A stretch of 64,000 nt of DNA from Candidatus Aminicenantes bacterium (GCA_963702005.1 OY969696.1:2880001-2944000); one strand, 5' to 3'. Shown: positions 20,029-30,306, counted from the stretch's first letter. Numbers and translations: made by a program. Notes: generated by a model not told the origin, from the letters alone.

Positions 20029-21405
20029 ATGAAAAAGAGGGTTTGGATAGTAATCAGCTTAATCCTTGCGGTTGTTCCCCTGTTGATTCCCCTGGAAGGG
20101 GGGCACCGCCTTGCCCCACTGAGGAAGTGGGTGGCGAGATACAACGGGCCAGCCAACGGCGATGATGTAGTAAATGCCATTGCTGTAGACGGCTCGGGCA
20201 ATATCTATGTCACGGGGAGGAGCTGGGGCTCAGGCACCGATTACGACTACGCCACCATCAAGTACAACACAAGCGGCAAACAGCTCTGGGCAAAAAGGTA
20301 CAACGGGCCGGTTAACGACGAAGATTTTGCAGCGGCTATTACTGTAGACGGTTCGGGCAATGTCTATGTCACCGGACGCAGCTTAGTATCAGGCTCCGGA
20401 CCCGAAGACGTACCTATCTACGACTATGCGACCATCAAGTACAGCCCAAACGGCATACAACTCTGGGTCAACAGGTACGATGGGCCGGGTAACGGCGATG
20501 ATCAGGCAACGAGCGTTGCGGTGGACGGCACGGGCAATGTCTATATCACCGGATCGAGCGGCAGCGACTATGCGACCATTAAATATAATCCAAACGGCAA
20601 ACAGCTCTGGGTTAAAAGGTATAATGGGCCTGGTAATCAAGGGGATGGCGCAACGGCCATGGCCGTGGACCGCTCGGGCAATGTCTATGTCACCGGATCG
20701 AGCGCTGGTTTAGGCACCAGTTACGACTACGCCACTATCAAGTACGACACAAACGGCCAACAGCTCTGGGTCAGAAGGTATAACGGGCCTGATAACAACG
20801 GGGATGCCGCAAGTGCCATTGCTGTAGACGGCGCCGGCAATGCCTTTGTCACCGGACATAGTTTGGGTTTAGAGACCTATCAAGACTACGTCACCATCAA
20901 GTACAGCCCAAGCGGCAAACAGCTCTGGACTAGAAGATACAACGGCCCAGCGAACGGCAGTGATTATGCCAATGCCATTGCCGTGGACGGCTCGGGCAAT
21001 GTCTATGTCACCGGATCGAGCGGGGGCTCAGTTCCCCATAACTATTACGATTACGCCACTATCAAGTACAGCGCAAACGGCCAACAGCTCTGGGAAAACA
21101 GGTACAACGGACCAGCTAACAGCTGGGATGAAGCCAGGGCCATTGCCGTGGACCCTTCAGGCAATGTCTTTGTCACCGGAGGAAGCGCGGCCTTAGGCAC
21201 CTGGCACTGGGACGACTACACCACCATCAAGTACAACGCAAGCGGCCAACAGCTCTGGATAGACAGGTTCGATGGGCCAGGGAATGATGCTTATGACGAG
21301 GATACGGCAACGGCCATTGCGGTAGACCGTTCGGGCAATGTCTATGTCACCGGATGGAGCATGGGCTCAGGCACCGGTTTCGACTACGCCACCATTAAGT
21401 ATTAA
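20029..21405 (+). CDS. Secreted SBBP-repeat beta-propeller protein, copy 2 (8 repeats)
   Basis: Paralog of 18543-19892 with the same RBS, signal peptide and DYATIKY* end. Confidence 0.9.
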   Translation: MKKRVWIVISLILAVVPLLIPLEGGHRLAPLRKWVARYNGPANGDDVVNAIAVDGSGNIYVTGRSWGSGTDYDYATIKYNTSGKQLWAKRYNGPVNDEDFAAAITVDGSGNVYVTGRSLVSGSGPEDVPIYDYATIKYSPNGIQLWVNRYDGPGNGDDQATSVAVDGTGNVYITGSSGSDYATIKYNPNGKQLWVKRYNGPGNQGDGATAMAVDRSGNVYVTGSSAGLGTSYDYATIKYDTNGQQLWVRRYNGPDNNGDAASAIAVDGAGNAFVTGHSLGLETYQDYVTIKYSPSGKQLWTRRYNGPANGSDYANAIAVDGSGNVYVTGSSGGSVPHNYYDYATIKYSANGQQLWENRYNGPANSWDEARAIAVDPSGNVFVTGGSAALGTWHWDDYTTIKYNASGQQLWIDRFDGPGNDAYDEDTATAIAVDRSGNVYVTGWSMGSGTGFDYATIKY

Positions 21406-21454
21406 CAATTGAACCGGATAGGCGGATTAGCGTAAAGAATTGACATCGTCGCCC

Positions 21455-21745
21455 GGCCGACGAGAAACGCCAGCACCTCCCGGGCGAAGATCTCCGCCAG
21501 CCGCGAGTCGTCCATTCGCGGGATCTCGTGGAAGACGCCCGCACTCATGAACCGTTTCCGGTTCATGAGTGCGGGCGAAGCGCCGCCTCGTTCAGGCCGC
21601 CCTCGGTCACCAGAAAATGGAGGTGGGGGTGTCAGGATGTGTTCCGTATGACAGTCCGGCAGCGGCGGATCCGGGCGAATCCGCACTTCGGATTGCCGCA
21701 GTCGAGATAGCGCTCGACGACCTCCTTGATGAGGGGAGGTCCGGG
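21455..21745 (-). pseudogene. IS91-like (Y2/HUH) transposase remnant with zinc-binding N-terminus
   Basis: IKEVVERYLDCGNPKCGFARIR..PDCHTEH (zinc-binding domain) followed after a deletion by GVFHEIPRMDDSRLAEIFAREVLAFLVGR. Confidence 0.75.
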
Positions 21746-21946
21746 TGATTTCCGGCTCATCGGCCAGCGCTGACGGCTTCCAGATTGCCCGTCCGCGCTC
21801 TCCAGGTGTCCTTGATATGTTCCCAGCCCTGATTTATGCTTCCCAAAAGTGGCGAGATGGGATAATCGATGCGAAAACGCGTCTCCAACCGGCTCAACAG
21901 AAAACGAAATACCTTCTTTCTAGCCGCGCCGTCGCGGCAGCCGATA

Positions 21947-21975
21947 TTGACCGCCCCAGCTAAAAGAATTAATAT
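21947..21975 (+). promoter_or_regulatory. sigma70-like promoter of the 22020 gene
   Basis: TTGACC-17 bp-TAATAT. Confidence 0.55.
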
Positions 21976-22019
21976 TTCAGCAAAGGGAACATCCGGGGTA
22001 TCGAGGAAGGAGGCGTTCC

Positions 22020-24071
22020 ATGAAAAGGGGATTTGTTTTTCTCGCCATCGCACTGGCTCTTGGGCTTTCCGCTCCGGCCGTGGGAGGATCCGGTTCCGGC
22101 TCCCTCATGCCGGTCCCATCCCCTTTCGGGCCGGCGCCGCTCTACTTTATCAGGAACCAAGGTCAGGCTGCGCCCGAGGCGCGTTTCTATGCGAAAACGA
22201 AGGATTATACGCTCTGGCTGACGAAGCAAGAGCTGGTTTTCGACCGGACGAACGGCGCGGCCTCCGGGCTTGTCTTTAAAAATATCAACTCGGATGTCGC
22301 GCTCTCAGCGGTCGACCCTTCGGACTACCGGATCAGTTATTTCTACGGCCGTGACGAGTCCGGCTGGATCACGGACGTTCCAACGTCGAGAGCCGTGCTT
22401 TATACCAATCTCTACGACGGCGTAGACCTCAAGGTCTACGGCACAGAAAAAGAAGTCGAATATGACTGGGTCGTCCGGCCCGGCGCGGACCCCAGCGACA
22501 TCCGGTTTGCCTACGACGGAGCGCCCGCAACGGGAATCAACATCGAGGGAGACCTCGTCGTAAAGACGTCCTCGGGCGAGATCCGGCACCGGAAGCCCGC
22601 GGCCTACCAGGTCATCGACGGCCGGCAGGTGGCCGTGAAGGCATCGTTTAGGAACATCGGCAGAGACGAATTCGCTTTTGCGATCGGCGCCCACGACCGG
22701 CGCTTCGCCCTCATCATCGACCCCGTCGTCCTCGTCTCTTCGACTTACCTGGGAGGTTATTCAGACGATCTCCCTTTCTTTATCAAGCAGGACAATACGG
22801 GCGCGGTCTATATCTCCGGTTTCACCGCGAGCAAGGACTTCCCTCCCTACCATGTCAGCCAACCTCGGGCCGACGGGTTCGTAACCAAGCTTTCGCCCGA
22901 CGGACAAAGCTTGATCTACTCGGACTTCTTTCCGGTTGGAACCGCCATGTCTCCCGTCCCGGCTCTCGCGGTGGACAAAAAAGGATCCGTTTATCTGGCC
23001 GGGACGACCACCAGCCGCAGTTTCCCGCTCAAGAATGCGTTCCAGACGACAAACAGCGGACGTGATGAAGCGTTTTTCCTGAAATTGACGCCGGACGGCA
23101 AGGGCTTGGTCTTCTCTTCTTATCTGGGCGGTTCTGGTTATGACGAAGGCAAGCGCATAGCTCTGGACGCCTCGGGCTCTGTCTATGTGGCAGGCGAAAC
23201 AAACAGCATGGATTTTCCGACCCTAAAAGCCTATAAAAAAATCTCGAGGGGTAACTGGAACGCTTTCGTCTCCAAGTTCGCCTCCGACGGGAAGACCATG
23301 ATCTATTCCACTTATCTGGGAGGCTCTAGCCAGGGGGAGTTAGAACTCCGAGGGCTGACCGTCGACAGCACGGGAGCCGCTTATTTATCAGGTGAGACAG
23401 AAGATAGGGACTTCCCCGTCCAGAATGCGTTCCAACCCAAATATGGAGGGGGCGGGGCAGATTGTTTCATCACGAAGCTTTCCCCAAACGGCGACCGGCT
23501 CGACTATTCCAGCTACCTAGGTGGGTCCAGCGCGGATGAGTCTAATGGGGTGGCTGTCGACAGCGCCGGCGCCGCCTATCTCACGGGGGCTGCGGAGGGC
23601 CCATTCCCCGTCAAAAATGCCTTCCAAAAAAGCCGGAAAGGCAACGCCGACGCTTTCGTCACCAAGTTCGCGCCGGACGGCAAAACCCTGATCTATTCAA
23701 CCTACCTGGGTGGATTTGGCAAGGACTATGGCTTAGGGATCGCCGTCGATGAGAACGGAAACGCCTATATTACAGGATATACAACCAGCCCGAATTTTCC
23801 GATTAAAGATGGTTATCAAACAGTCCACAAAGGCCCAGTGGACGCCTTTTTAACCATCCTGGCGCCGGACGGGAAAAGTCTCATCGCTTCGACCTACTTT
23901 GGGGGCTCTTACCAGGATTACGGCTATAACCCAACGGTCGGTGCCGACGGGACGATCCTGATGGTCGGAGCGACGAACAGCCTCGACTTGCCGACCCTCA
24001 AGCCCTACCAGAAGTCGCTCAAAAACGGCTATGACGGTTTTGTCGCCAAGTTCAAGCTGAAGTCCGATTGA
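22020..24071 (+). CDS. Secreted protein with an N-terminal beta-sandwich-type domain and SBBP beta-propeller repeats
   Basis: FIRNQGQ, YTNLYDGVDL, EYDWVVRPGADP, LIIDP; repeated YSTYLGG..D...AVD..G.AY.TG.T.S..FP. Confidence 0.85.
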   Translation: MKRGFVFLAIALALGLSAPAVGGSGSGSLMPVPSPFGPAPLYFIRNQGQAAPEARFYAKTKDYTLWLTKQELVFDRTNGAASGLVFKNINSDVALSAVDPSDYRISYFYGRDESGWITDVPTSRAVLYTNLYDGVDLKVYGTEKEVEYDWVVRPGADPSDIRFAYDGAPATGINIEGDLVVKTSSGEIRHRKPAAYQVIDGRQVAVKASFRNIGRDEFAFAIGAHDRRFALIIDPVVLVSSTYLGGYSDDLPFFIKQDNTGAVYISGFTASKDFPPYHVSQPRADGFVTKLSPDGQSLIYSDFFPVGTAMSPVPALAVDKKGSVYLAGTTTSRSFPLKNAFQTTNSGRDEAFFLKLTPDGKGLVFSSYLGGSGYDEGKRIALDASGSVYVAGETNSMDFPTLKAYKKISRGNWNAFVSKFASDGKTMIYSTYLGGSSQGELELRGLTVDSTGAAYLSGETEDRDFPVQNAFQPKYGGGGADCFITKLSPNGDRLDYSSYLGGSSADESNGVAVDSAGAAYLTGAAEGPFPVKNAFQKSRKGNADAFVTKFAPDGKTLIYSTYLGGFGKDYGLGIAVDENGNAYITGYTTSPNFPIKDGYQTVHKGPVDAFLTILAPDGKSLIASTYFGGSYQDYGYNPTVGADGTILMVGATNSLDLPTLKPYQKSLKNGYDGFVAKFKLKSD

Positions 24072-24238
24072 CACATCAAGGAGAATCTTGCCTAATCAAC
24101 TTCGCCCGTCCCCGTATTAATTATCATCGACTTTCTTTTGCTGAAGCGCGAGATAAGGCAGCCGGCTAGCTCGACCCCTCGAAGGCCTTATGGCGGGATT
24201 CGTCCGGTTAGAGTAAAATAGCTCGAAGGATTCGAACG

Positions 24239-25393
24239 ATGGTTTATCTCGACAACAACGCCACGACGCCCCTGGACCCGGCCGTCGCCGACAAGATGTG
24301 CTGGTTCCTGCGGGAGCACTTCGGAAACCCCTCCTCCCTCTATCCGATCGGACGAGCCGTCCGGGACCTCCTCCAGGAAGCGCGGGAGAATATCGCCGGG
24401 CAACTCGGCTGCCGGCGAAGCGAGATCGTCTTCACCGGGTCGGGCACCGAGGCCGACAATTTTGCCATCTTCGGAATTCTCGATGCCCACCCCGACAAGA
24501 AAGAAATCGTCGTCTCGGCCATCGAGCATCCGGCCGTGTTGCGGACGGGAAATTATCTCGAGAAGAAAGGCTACCGGGTCGTCTATCTTCCCGTCGATCA
24601 CTACGGGATCGTGGACCTCGACGCCCTCCGGGACGCCCTGACTCCCAACACGGCGCTGGTTTCCATCATGTACGCCAACAACGAGATCGGAACCATCCAG
24701 CCCATTAAGGATATCGTCAAGATCGCGCGGGATAAGGAAGTCCTCGTCCACACCGACGCCGTCCAAGCCTTCGGAAAGATCGAGGTCAAGGTCGGCGACT
24801 TGGGCGTCGACCTGCTGACCGTCGCCTCCCACAAGATCTACGGCCCCAAGGGCGTGGGCGCGCTCTACATCCGAAAAGGAACGGCCATAGGCCCCTATAT
24901 CCATGGCGGTCACCAGGAAAAGGAGCTGAGGGCCGGAACCGAGAATACGATCGGGATCGTCGGGTTCGGCGAGGCGGCTCGGGTCCTGGGCGAGCGCTGG
25001 AAAAAAGACCGCGAGCGGATCGAGAAGCTGGCCGGCCGGCTCAAGGACGGTATCGAAAAAACCGTGCCCAAGGTTCATTTCAACGGCCACCCCGAGCGCC
25101 GGATCAAGAGCACGCTCAACTTCTCGTTCCCGGGCCTGGAGGGCGAGGCGATCCTGCTTTCGCTCGCGACCAAGGAAATCTATGTCTCGACCGGCTCTGC
25201 CTGCAGCGAGGGCTCGGAGGAAGTCTCCCCCGTTCTGGCCGCGATCGGGCTGCGTCCCGAGATCGCCCGGAGCTCGATCCGGATGTCGCTGGGCCGCTTC
25301 AACACGGACGAGGACGTCGCTATCGTGCTCCGGGAACTTCCCGAGATCGTCGACAGGCTCCGTAAAATCTCGTCCTTCGACCCCGAAATTTAG
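24239..25393 (+). CDS. iscS: Cysteine desulfurase (IscS/NifS type)
   Basis: YLDNNATT, GNPSS, EHPAV, NNEIG, HTDAVQ, SHKIYGPKG, STGSACS. Confidence 0.92.
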   Translation: MVYLDNNATTPLDPAVADKMCWFLREHFGNPSSLYPIGRAVRDLLQEARENIAGQLGCRRSEIVFTGSGTEADNFAIFGILDAHPDKKEIVVSAIEHPAVLRTGNYLEKKGYRVVYLPVDHYGIVDLDALRDALTPNTALVSIMYANNEIGTIQPIKDIVKIARDKEVLVHTDAVQAFGKIEVKVGDLGVDLLTVASHKIYGPKGVGALYIRKGTAIGPYIHGGHQEKELRAGTENTIGIVGFGEAARVLGERWKKDRERIEKLAGRLKDGIEKTVPKVHFNGHPERRIKSTLNFSFPGLEGEAILLSLATKEIYVSTGSACSEGSEEVSPVLAAIGLRPEIARSSIRMSLGRFNTDEDVAIVLRELPEIVDRLRKISSFDPEI

Positions 25394-25923
25394 TATCTGA
25401 TTCGCGAGAGGAATATCCTCCGGATCCCCATGAAAAAGGCCGCGTACTCCTCCTGCCGGAAATCGGGATAGGTCCAGTCGAGATATTTGATGCCCGACTT
25501 TGTGAACAGGAGCTCGAGATGGGCGTAGATCCCGTCCCGGAGCGGGACGCGGTGGGCAAAGTCCTTGGTCGTGGCCATGAACAGCGCCGAGGCCGTGATG
25601 AAGCCGGGATCGATGTTGACGACACGGCGCGATTCCCCCGCGGCGGCCCGGATCTCATCCTCCCAGGAGTTGGTCAGAAGCTTGATGTCGCTTAGGCGCT
25701 CCGGCTCCCCGGGCTCCTCGAAACTCAGAAAGATCCGTTTCAGCCCCTCCCCCATCTCCTTTTCGTAATAATCCGTCAGGCGGAAATCGAAGGCGGGGCT
25801 CCGAAGGTCGACCGCCCCGAGCCGGCCGACGAGCCTCTCCTCGGCCTTGGCTAAGATCTCGGGACGCGCAAAGATAATCCCGCAAATATATTTGACGGGA
25901 GAAAACGCCTTGGCTTCGGCCAT
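25390..25923 (-). CDS. DUF4416 family protein
   Basis: TDYYEKEMG, RVVNIDPGF, ATTKDFAHR, WTYPDF; TTGACT-17-TAACAT upstream. Confidence 0.85.
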   Translation of the reverse strand: MAEAKAFSPVKYICGIIFARPEILAKAEERLVGRLGAVDLRSPAFDFRLTDYYEKEMGEGLKRIFLSFEEPGEPERLSDIKLLTNSWEDEIRAAAGESRRVVNIDPGFITASALFMATTKDFAHRVPLRDGIYAHLELLFTKSGIKYLDWTYPDFRQEEYAAFFMGIRRIFLSRIRY

Positions 25924-26043
25924 CGGAGTCTTCATGTTAGGGTCAGCGCAAGGACAAGTCAATATTCGACTTGAAACAGTTCCGGCCCGGTTGCCGGCGG
26001 CGGCCGGCCTGGGCTACAATCCGATCAAAGGAGGCTCGGAGCT

Positions 26044-27129
26044 TTGATAAAAACAAGCATCGCCTGCAGTTTATGCGCGACAGGGCTCCTCATCATCAGC
26101 GGAGCGTCTTCACCCCTCTCGCGCGCTCTCCGTCCCCAAGCGGACGGCGTTTCCTGGCAGGTTCAGATCAGCGGGACGACGGCCGGCCTTCGCGGGGTCG
26201 CGGCCGTCAATGACAATGTGGCTTGGGCGAGCGGCACGGACGGAACCTTTCTAAAGACCGTGGACGGAGGCAAAACCTGGACGGCCGGAAGAGTCCCCGG
26301 CGCCGAATCCATGGATTTCCGCGATGTCGAGGCTTGGGACGCCGACACCGCCTGCCTCATGGGAATCGCCCGGCCCGCCCGCATCTTCAGGACCTCCGAC
26401 GGCGGAAAGACCTGGACGGAGCGCTTCCACAACGACGCCGAAGGCATCTTCCTCGACGCGTTCGCCTTCTTCGACGCGACGAGCGGAATCGCCGTCGGCG
26501 ACCCGATGGACGGCCGCTTCATGATCCTGATCACGGATGACGCCGGACTCACCTGGGAGCCCCTGCCCTTTCAGCACAGGCCCGAGGCCTTGGCCGGGGA
26601 AGGCGCCTTCGCCGCCAGCGGCACGTGTCTGACCGTCCTGGGACCGTCCACAGCGTGGTTCTGCACGGGCGGCTCCGCCGCCCGGGTCTTCCGATCCGGG
26701 AGCCGGGGAAGGTCTTGGTCATCGGCCGACTCGCCGCTCGGCGCCGGCACGGCCTCGTCCGGAGGATTCTCGCTCCTGTTCTGGAATGCCGAGGATGGAG
26801 CTATGGTCGGCGGCGATTATAAAAATGAACCCTCTGCGCTCAAGAACGCGGCCGTCAGCCGGGACGGCGGCCGGACCTGGAAGCTCATCGAAGCCGCCGC
26901 CCCGTCCGGTTTCAGGGAATGCGCGGCGATCGTGCCGGGCACCTCGCCGCCGCTCCTCATCGCCGTCGGACCGTCGGGGTCCGACCTCTCGCTCGACGGC
27001 GGCAGGACTTGGACGTCCATCCCCGCACCCTCCGGATTCCACGGCGTCAGCTTCTCAAAAAAAGACAGATCCGGCTGGGCCGTCGGCCGCAACGGTCTGG
27101 TCGCCAAGTGCGTCTTCCGGACCGATTGA
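26044..27129 (+). CDS. Secreted BNR/Asp-box repeat beta-propeller (Ycf48-like)
   Basis: Repeated T.DGG.TW / S.DGG.TW boxes; [13 protein letters not shown]. Confidence 0.82.
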   Translation: MIKTSIACSLCATGLLIISGASSPLSRALRPQADGVSWQVQISGTTAGLRGVAAVNDNVAWASGTDGTFLKTVDGGKTWTAGRVPGAESMDFRDVEAWDADTACLMGIARPARIFRTSDGGKTWTERFHNDAEGIFLDAFAFFDATSGIAVGDPMDGRFMILITDDAGLTWEPLPFQHRPEALAGEGAFAASGTCLTVLGPSTAWFCTGGSAARVFRSGSRGRSWSSADSPLGAGTASSGGFSLLFWNAEDGAMVGGDYKNEPSALKNAAVSRDGGRTWKLIEAAAPSGFRECAAIVPGTSPPLLIAVGPSGSDLSLDGGRTWTSIPAPSGFHGVSFSKKDRSGWAVGRNGLVAKCVFRTD

Positions 27130-27154
27130 TTTCGAGTTCCCGTTTCCTTATAAT
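27126..27154 (+). promoter_or_regulatory. sigma70 promoter of the asnS operon (very short leader)
   Basis: TTGATT-17 bp-TATAAT, 9 nt before the ATG. Confidence 0.65.
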
Positions 27155-27163
27155 GAGCCAATC

Positions 27164-28456
27164 ATGGAGTGGGTTTATATCGAGGACATCGCCGGCCGCT
27201 ACGGCCAGGACGTCGAGGTCCGCGGCTGGGTTTACCACAAACGATCGAGCGGCAAAGTCCGCTTCCTCCTCGTTCGCGACGGGACGGGCCTCATCCAGGG
27301 GACGATGGTCGGCGCCGACAAAGACGCCCCCCTCTTCAAGACCTTCGACGAGCTGACCCAGGAATCCTCGATCATCGTCCGGGGCAAGGTCCGCGAAGAG
27401 AAGCGGGCGGCCGGAGGGTACGAGCTCGAGATCCAGGATATCGAGGTCGTCCAGATCGCCCGGGATTACCCGATCACGCCCAAGGAACACAGCACGCCCT
27501 TCCTGATGGAACACCGCCATCTCTGGCTCCGCTCCCAGAAGCAGCACGCCGTCCTTCGGGTTCGGGCCGAGGTCGTCAAAGCCATCCGCGATTTCTTCGA
27601 CGGCCGCGGGTTCCGGCTCATGGATACGCCCATCCTGACCCCGAGCGCCTGCGAGGGCACGACGACCCTGTTCGAAACCGAGTACTTCGACCAAAAGGCC
27701 TACCTCAGTCAGAGCGGCCAGCTCTACAACGAAGCGACCGCGATGGCCTTCGGCAAGGTCTACTGCTTCGGCCCGACCTTCCGGGCCGAGCGCTCTAAGA
27801 CGCGCAAGCATCTCATCGAATTCTGGATGGTCGAACCCGAGGTCGCCTTCGCCTCCCTCGAGGATATTACCGAGCTGGGCGAGGACCTCGTCCTGTTCAT
27901 CATCGAACGGGTCCTGGCCGAGCGGCGCGCGGAGCTTGAGACGCTCGAGCGCGATCCGAAACCGCTGGAAAGAGTCCGAAAGCCCTTCCCCCGCCTCAAG
28001 TACGAAGAGATCCTGCCCCGGCTCCAGGAGAAAGGCTCGACCATCAAGTCGGGCGACGATTTGGGCGCGCCCGAAGAAGCCATCCTTTCCGAGCTCTACG
28101 ATGTCCCGGTCTGCATCAGCCATTTCCCGGCGGCGGTCAAGGCGTTTTACATGCAGCCGGCGCCTGACCGGCCCGACCTGGCCTTGGGCGTCGACTTCAT
28201 CGCCTCCGAGGGATACGGCGAGATCATCGGGGGGGGCCAGCGCATCCACGACTTGGCCCTCCTCGAGCAGCGGATCCAAGAGTACAAGCTTCCGCGCGAG
28301 GCTTACGAGTGGTACCTGGACCTCCGCAAATACGGCTCGGTCCCCCACTCCGGGTTCGGGTTGGGCGTCGAACGGACCGTGTCCTGGATGTGCGGGATCA
28401 AGCACATCCGGGAGACGATCCCCTTCCCCCGCCTCCTCTACCGCATTTATCCGTAG
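27164..28456 (+). CDS. asnS: Asparagine--tRNA ligase
   Basis: OB-fold N-terminus, [48 protein letters not shown]. Confidence 0.95.
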   Translation: MEWVYIEDIAGRYGQDVEVRGWVYHKRSSGKVRFLLVRDGTGLIQGTMVGADKDAPLFKTFDELTQESSIIVRGKVREEKRAAGGYELEIQDIEVVQIARDYPITPKEHSTPFLMEHRHLWLRSQKQHAVLRVRAEVVKAIRDFFDGRGFRLMDTPILTPSACEGTTTLFETEYFDQKAYLSQSGQLYNEATAMAFGKVYCFGPTFRAERSKTRKHLIEFWMVEPEVAFASLEDITELGEDLVLFIIERVLAERRAELETLERDPKPLERVRKPFPRLKYEEILPRLQEKGSTIKSGDDLGAPEEAILSELYDVPVCISHFPAAVKAFYMQPAPDRPDLALGVDFIASEGYGEIIGGGQRIHDLALLEQRIQEYKLPREAYEWYLDLRKYGSVPHSGFGLGVERTVSWMCGIKHIRETIPFPRLLYRIYP

Positions 28457-28515
28457 AGGGTCATGCCCGGCTTTTTAACTTTTTGACAAAGTGTAGGTTT
28501 GACCCCGTGAAGAAA

Positions 28516-29844
28516 ATGGAACGGACGATCGCGCTGGTCAGCTACGGCTGCGCCAAGAACCTCGTCGACAGCGAGGTCATGCTGGGGATCCTGTCCGGCG
28601 CCGGCTACGCATTCAGGGAGGACGCGGCCGACGCCGATATCATCATCCTCAACACCTGCGGCTTCATCCAACCGGCCCGGGACGAAGCCTCGGCGGCCAT
28701 CCGCGATGCGCTCCGCCTCAAGAAAACCCGCGGCCCCAAGACGATCGTCGTCGCCGGCTGTTACGTGGAGAAAGACAGGCAGGCGCTCGCCGCCCTCTTT
28801 CCCGAGGTCGACGCCTGGCTGGGCGTCAAGGACTTCGACAGGATCGAGTCCATCCTTCGCGCCGAGCCCTACACGCCTTCGAACGCGACCTTCCTCTACT
28901 CCCACGACACGCCCCGCGTCCTCTCGACACCGCTCGGCTGGGCTTACCTTAAAATCTCGGAAGGCTGCTCCCACGCCTGCTCGTTCTGCACCATCCCCGC
29001 CATCAAAGGCCCTTACCGGTCGCGGCCGATCGCGTCGATCGTCGAGGAGGCCCGGGCCCTGGCCGCGCGCGGAGTCCGGGAGATTGATATCGTCTCCCAG
29101 GACACGACCTCCTATGGACGCGACCTCGGGCTCAAGGACGGTCTCGTCCGGCTCCTGGCCGCGCTCCTCGAGGTCCGGGAGGTCGACTGGATCCGCCTTC
29201 TCTACGGTTATCCGAACGAGGTCTCCGACGCGCTCGTCGAGATCATGGCCGAGCCTAAAATCTGCCGCTACCTCGACATCCCCTTCCAGCACGCCCATCC
29301 CGCGATCATACGCGGCATGAAGCGCGGCCTCCACGGCGACCGCGCCCTCCGTCTCATCGCCAAGATCCGCGCCAGGCTCCCCGGCGTCGCGATTCGGACC
29401 TCGCTCATCGTCGGCTTTCCGGGCGAAGGCCGCGCCGAATTCGAGGCCCTGCTTCGTTTCGTCGAGGAGGCCCGCTTCGATCACCTCGGCGTGTTCAGTT
29501 ATTCCCTCGAGACGGGAAGCTCGGCCGCCCCGCTCGGCGATCCGGTCAAGAACGGAATCAAGCAAAGACGCAAGGACATCCTCATGGCGCGCCAAGCCGA
29601 TATCTCTCTCGAGATAAACAGGGGGCGTCTGGGCGCCCGCCTCCCCGTCCTGTTCGAAGGGGTCCGGTCCGACGCCCCCCGCGTCCTGGTCGGCCGCGGG
29701 CCGTTTCAAGCGCCCGAGGTCGACGGCATCGTCGAGGTCGACGCCCGGCGGGTCGGCGATCCGGCCGCGCTCACAGGAACGATTCAGCCGGTTGAAATCG
29801 CGGCCGCAGATGTATATGATTTAAGGGGAAAGCTTATCGGATGA
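28516..29844 (+). CDS. rimO: Ribosomal protein S12 methylthiotransferase
   Basis: GCAKNLVDSE, NTCGFI, CSHACSFC, IVGFPGE, APEVDG. Confidence 0.93.
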   Translation: MERTIALVSYGCAKNLVDSEVMLGILSGAGYAFREDAADADIIILNTCGFIQPARDEASAAIRDALRLKKTRGPKTIVVAGCYVEKDRQALAALFPEVDAWLGVKDFDRIESILRAEPYTPSNATFLYSHDTPRVLSTPLGWAYLKISEGCSHACSFCTIPAIKGPYRSRPIASIVEEARALAARGVREIDIVSQDTTSYGRDLGLKDGLVRLLAALLEVREVDWIRLLYGYPNEVSDALVEIMAEPKICRYLDIPFQHAHPAIIRGMKRGLHGDRALRLIAKIRARLPGVAIRTSLIVGFPGEGRAEFEALLRFVEEARFDHLGVFSYSLETGSSAAPLGDPVKNGIKQRRKDILMARQADISLEINRGRLGARLPVLFEGVRSDAPRVLVGRGPFQAPEVDGIVEVDARRVGDPAALTGTIQPVEIAAADVYDLRGKLIG

Positions 29845-30290
29845 AGTTCGCCGCCAAGACGATCGCCACCTTCTTCGGCGTCGGTTTCATCCCTCTTGCT
29901 CCCGGTACGGTCGCCAGCGCGGCGGCCGTTTGTCTGTACAAATGGAGCTTACACCGCTTCGCCCTCCCCGTCTTTCTCGCCCTGATCGCCGCCGTCCTCA
30001 TGGTCGGGATTTGGGCTTCCGGCCGGGCCGCCGCCGCTTTCGGACGGAAAGACCCCCGGACCATCGTCATCGACGAGGTCGCCGGACAGATGACGGCCCT
30101 CGTCCTTTGCCCGGCCGACTGGGTTCCGCTCCTCATCGGATTCGGCTTGTTTCGCGTCTTCGACATCTTCAAGCCCTTCCCCATCCGCCGTTTCGAGCGT
30201 CTGCCGGGCGGCTGGGGGATCATGGCCGACGACCTGGCCGCGGGCATCCTGAGCTTCCTTCTCCTCCGCCTTTATCTCATCCTGAAATAG
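29841..30290 (+). CDS. pgpA: Phosphatidylglycerophosphatase A
   Basis: APGT, DPRTIVIDEVAG, FRVFDIFKP, GIMADD. Confidence 0.92.
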   Translation: MKFAAKTIATFFGVGFIPLAPGTVASAAAVCLYKWSLHRFALPVFLALIAAVLMVGIWASGRAAAAFGRKDPRTIVIDEVAGQMTALVLCPADWVPLLIGFGLFRVFDIFKPFPIRRFERLPGGWGIMADDLAAGILSFLLLRLYLILK

Positions 30291-30306
30291 GATTTTAGGA
30301 GTCGTC

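Larger units (their letters stand above)
18454..21463 (+). repeat. Tandem duplication of a ~1.5 kb unit (promoter/5'UTR + SBBP gene + 3' spacer)
   Basis: Near-identical 5' regions at 18454-18542 and 19940-20028; near-identical 3' regions at 19893-19940 and 21406-21463. Confidence 0.9.

Noticed and set aside
18660-21400. CRISPR array (regular conserved repeats with variable spacers)
   Set aside because: The period is ~159 bp, always in frame inside ORFs with signal peptides; no cas genes; these are protein repeats
18543-21405. Diversity-generating retroelement acting on the propeller loops
   Set aside because: No reverse transcriptase in the window; differences include indels and are not adenine-restricted; no TR/VR pair
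21757-21935. Possible gene fragment on the minus strand (…GWEHIKDTWRARTGNLEAVSAGR*)
   Set aside because: No recognisable motif or start signal; cannot be supported
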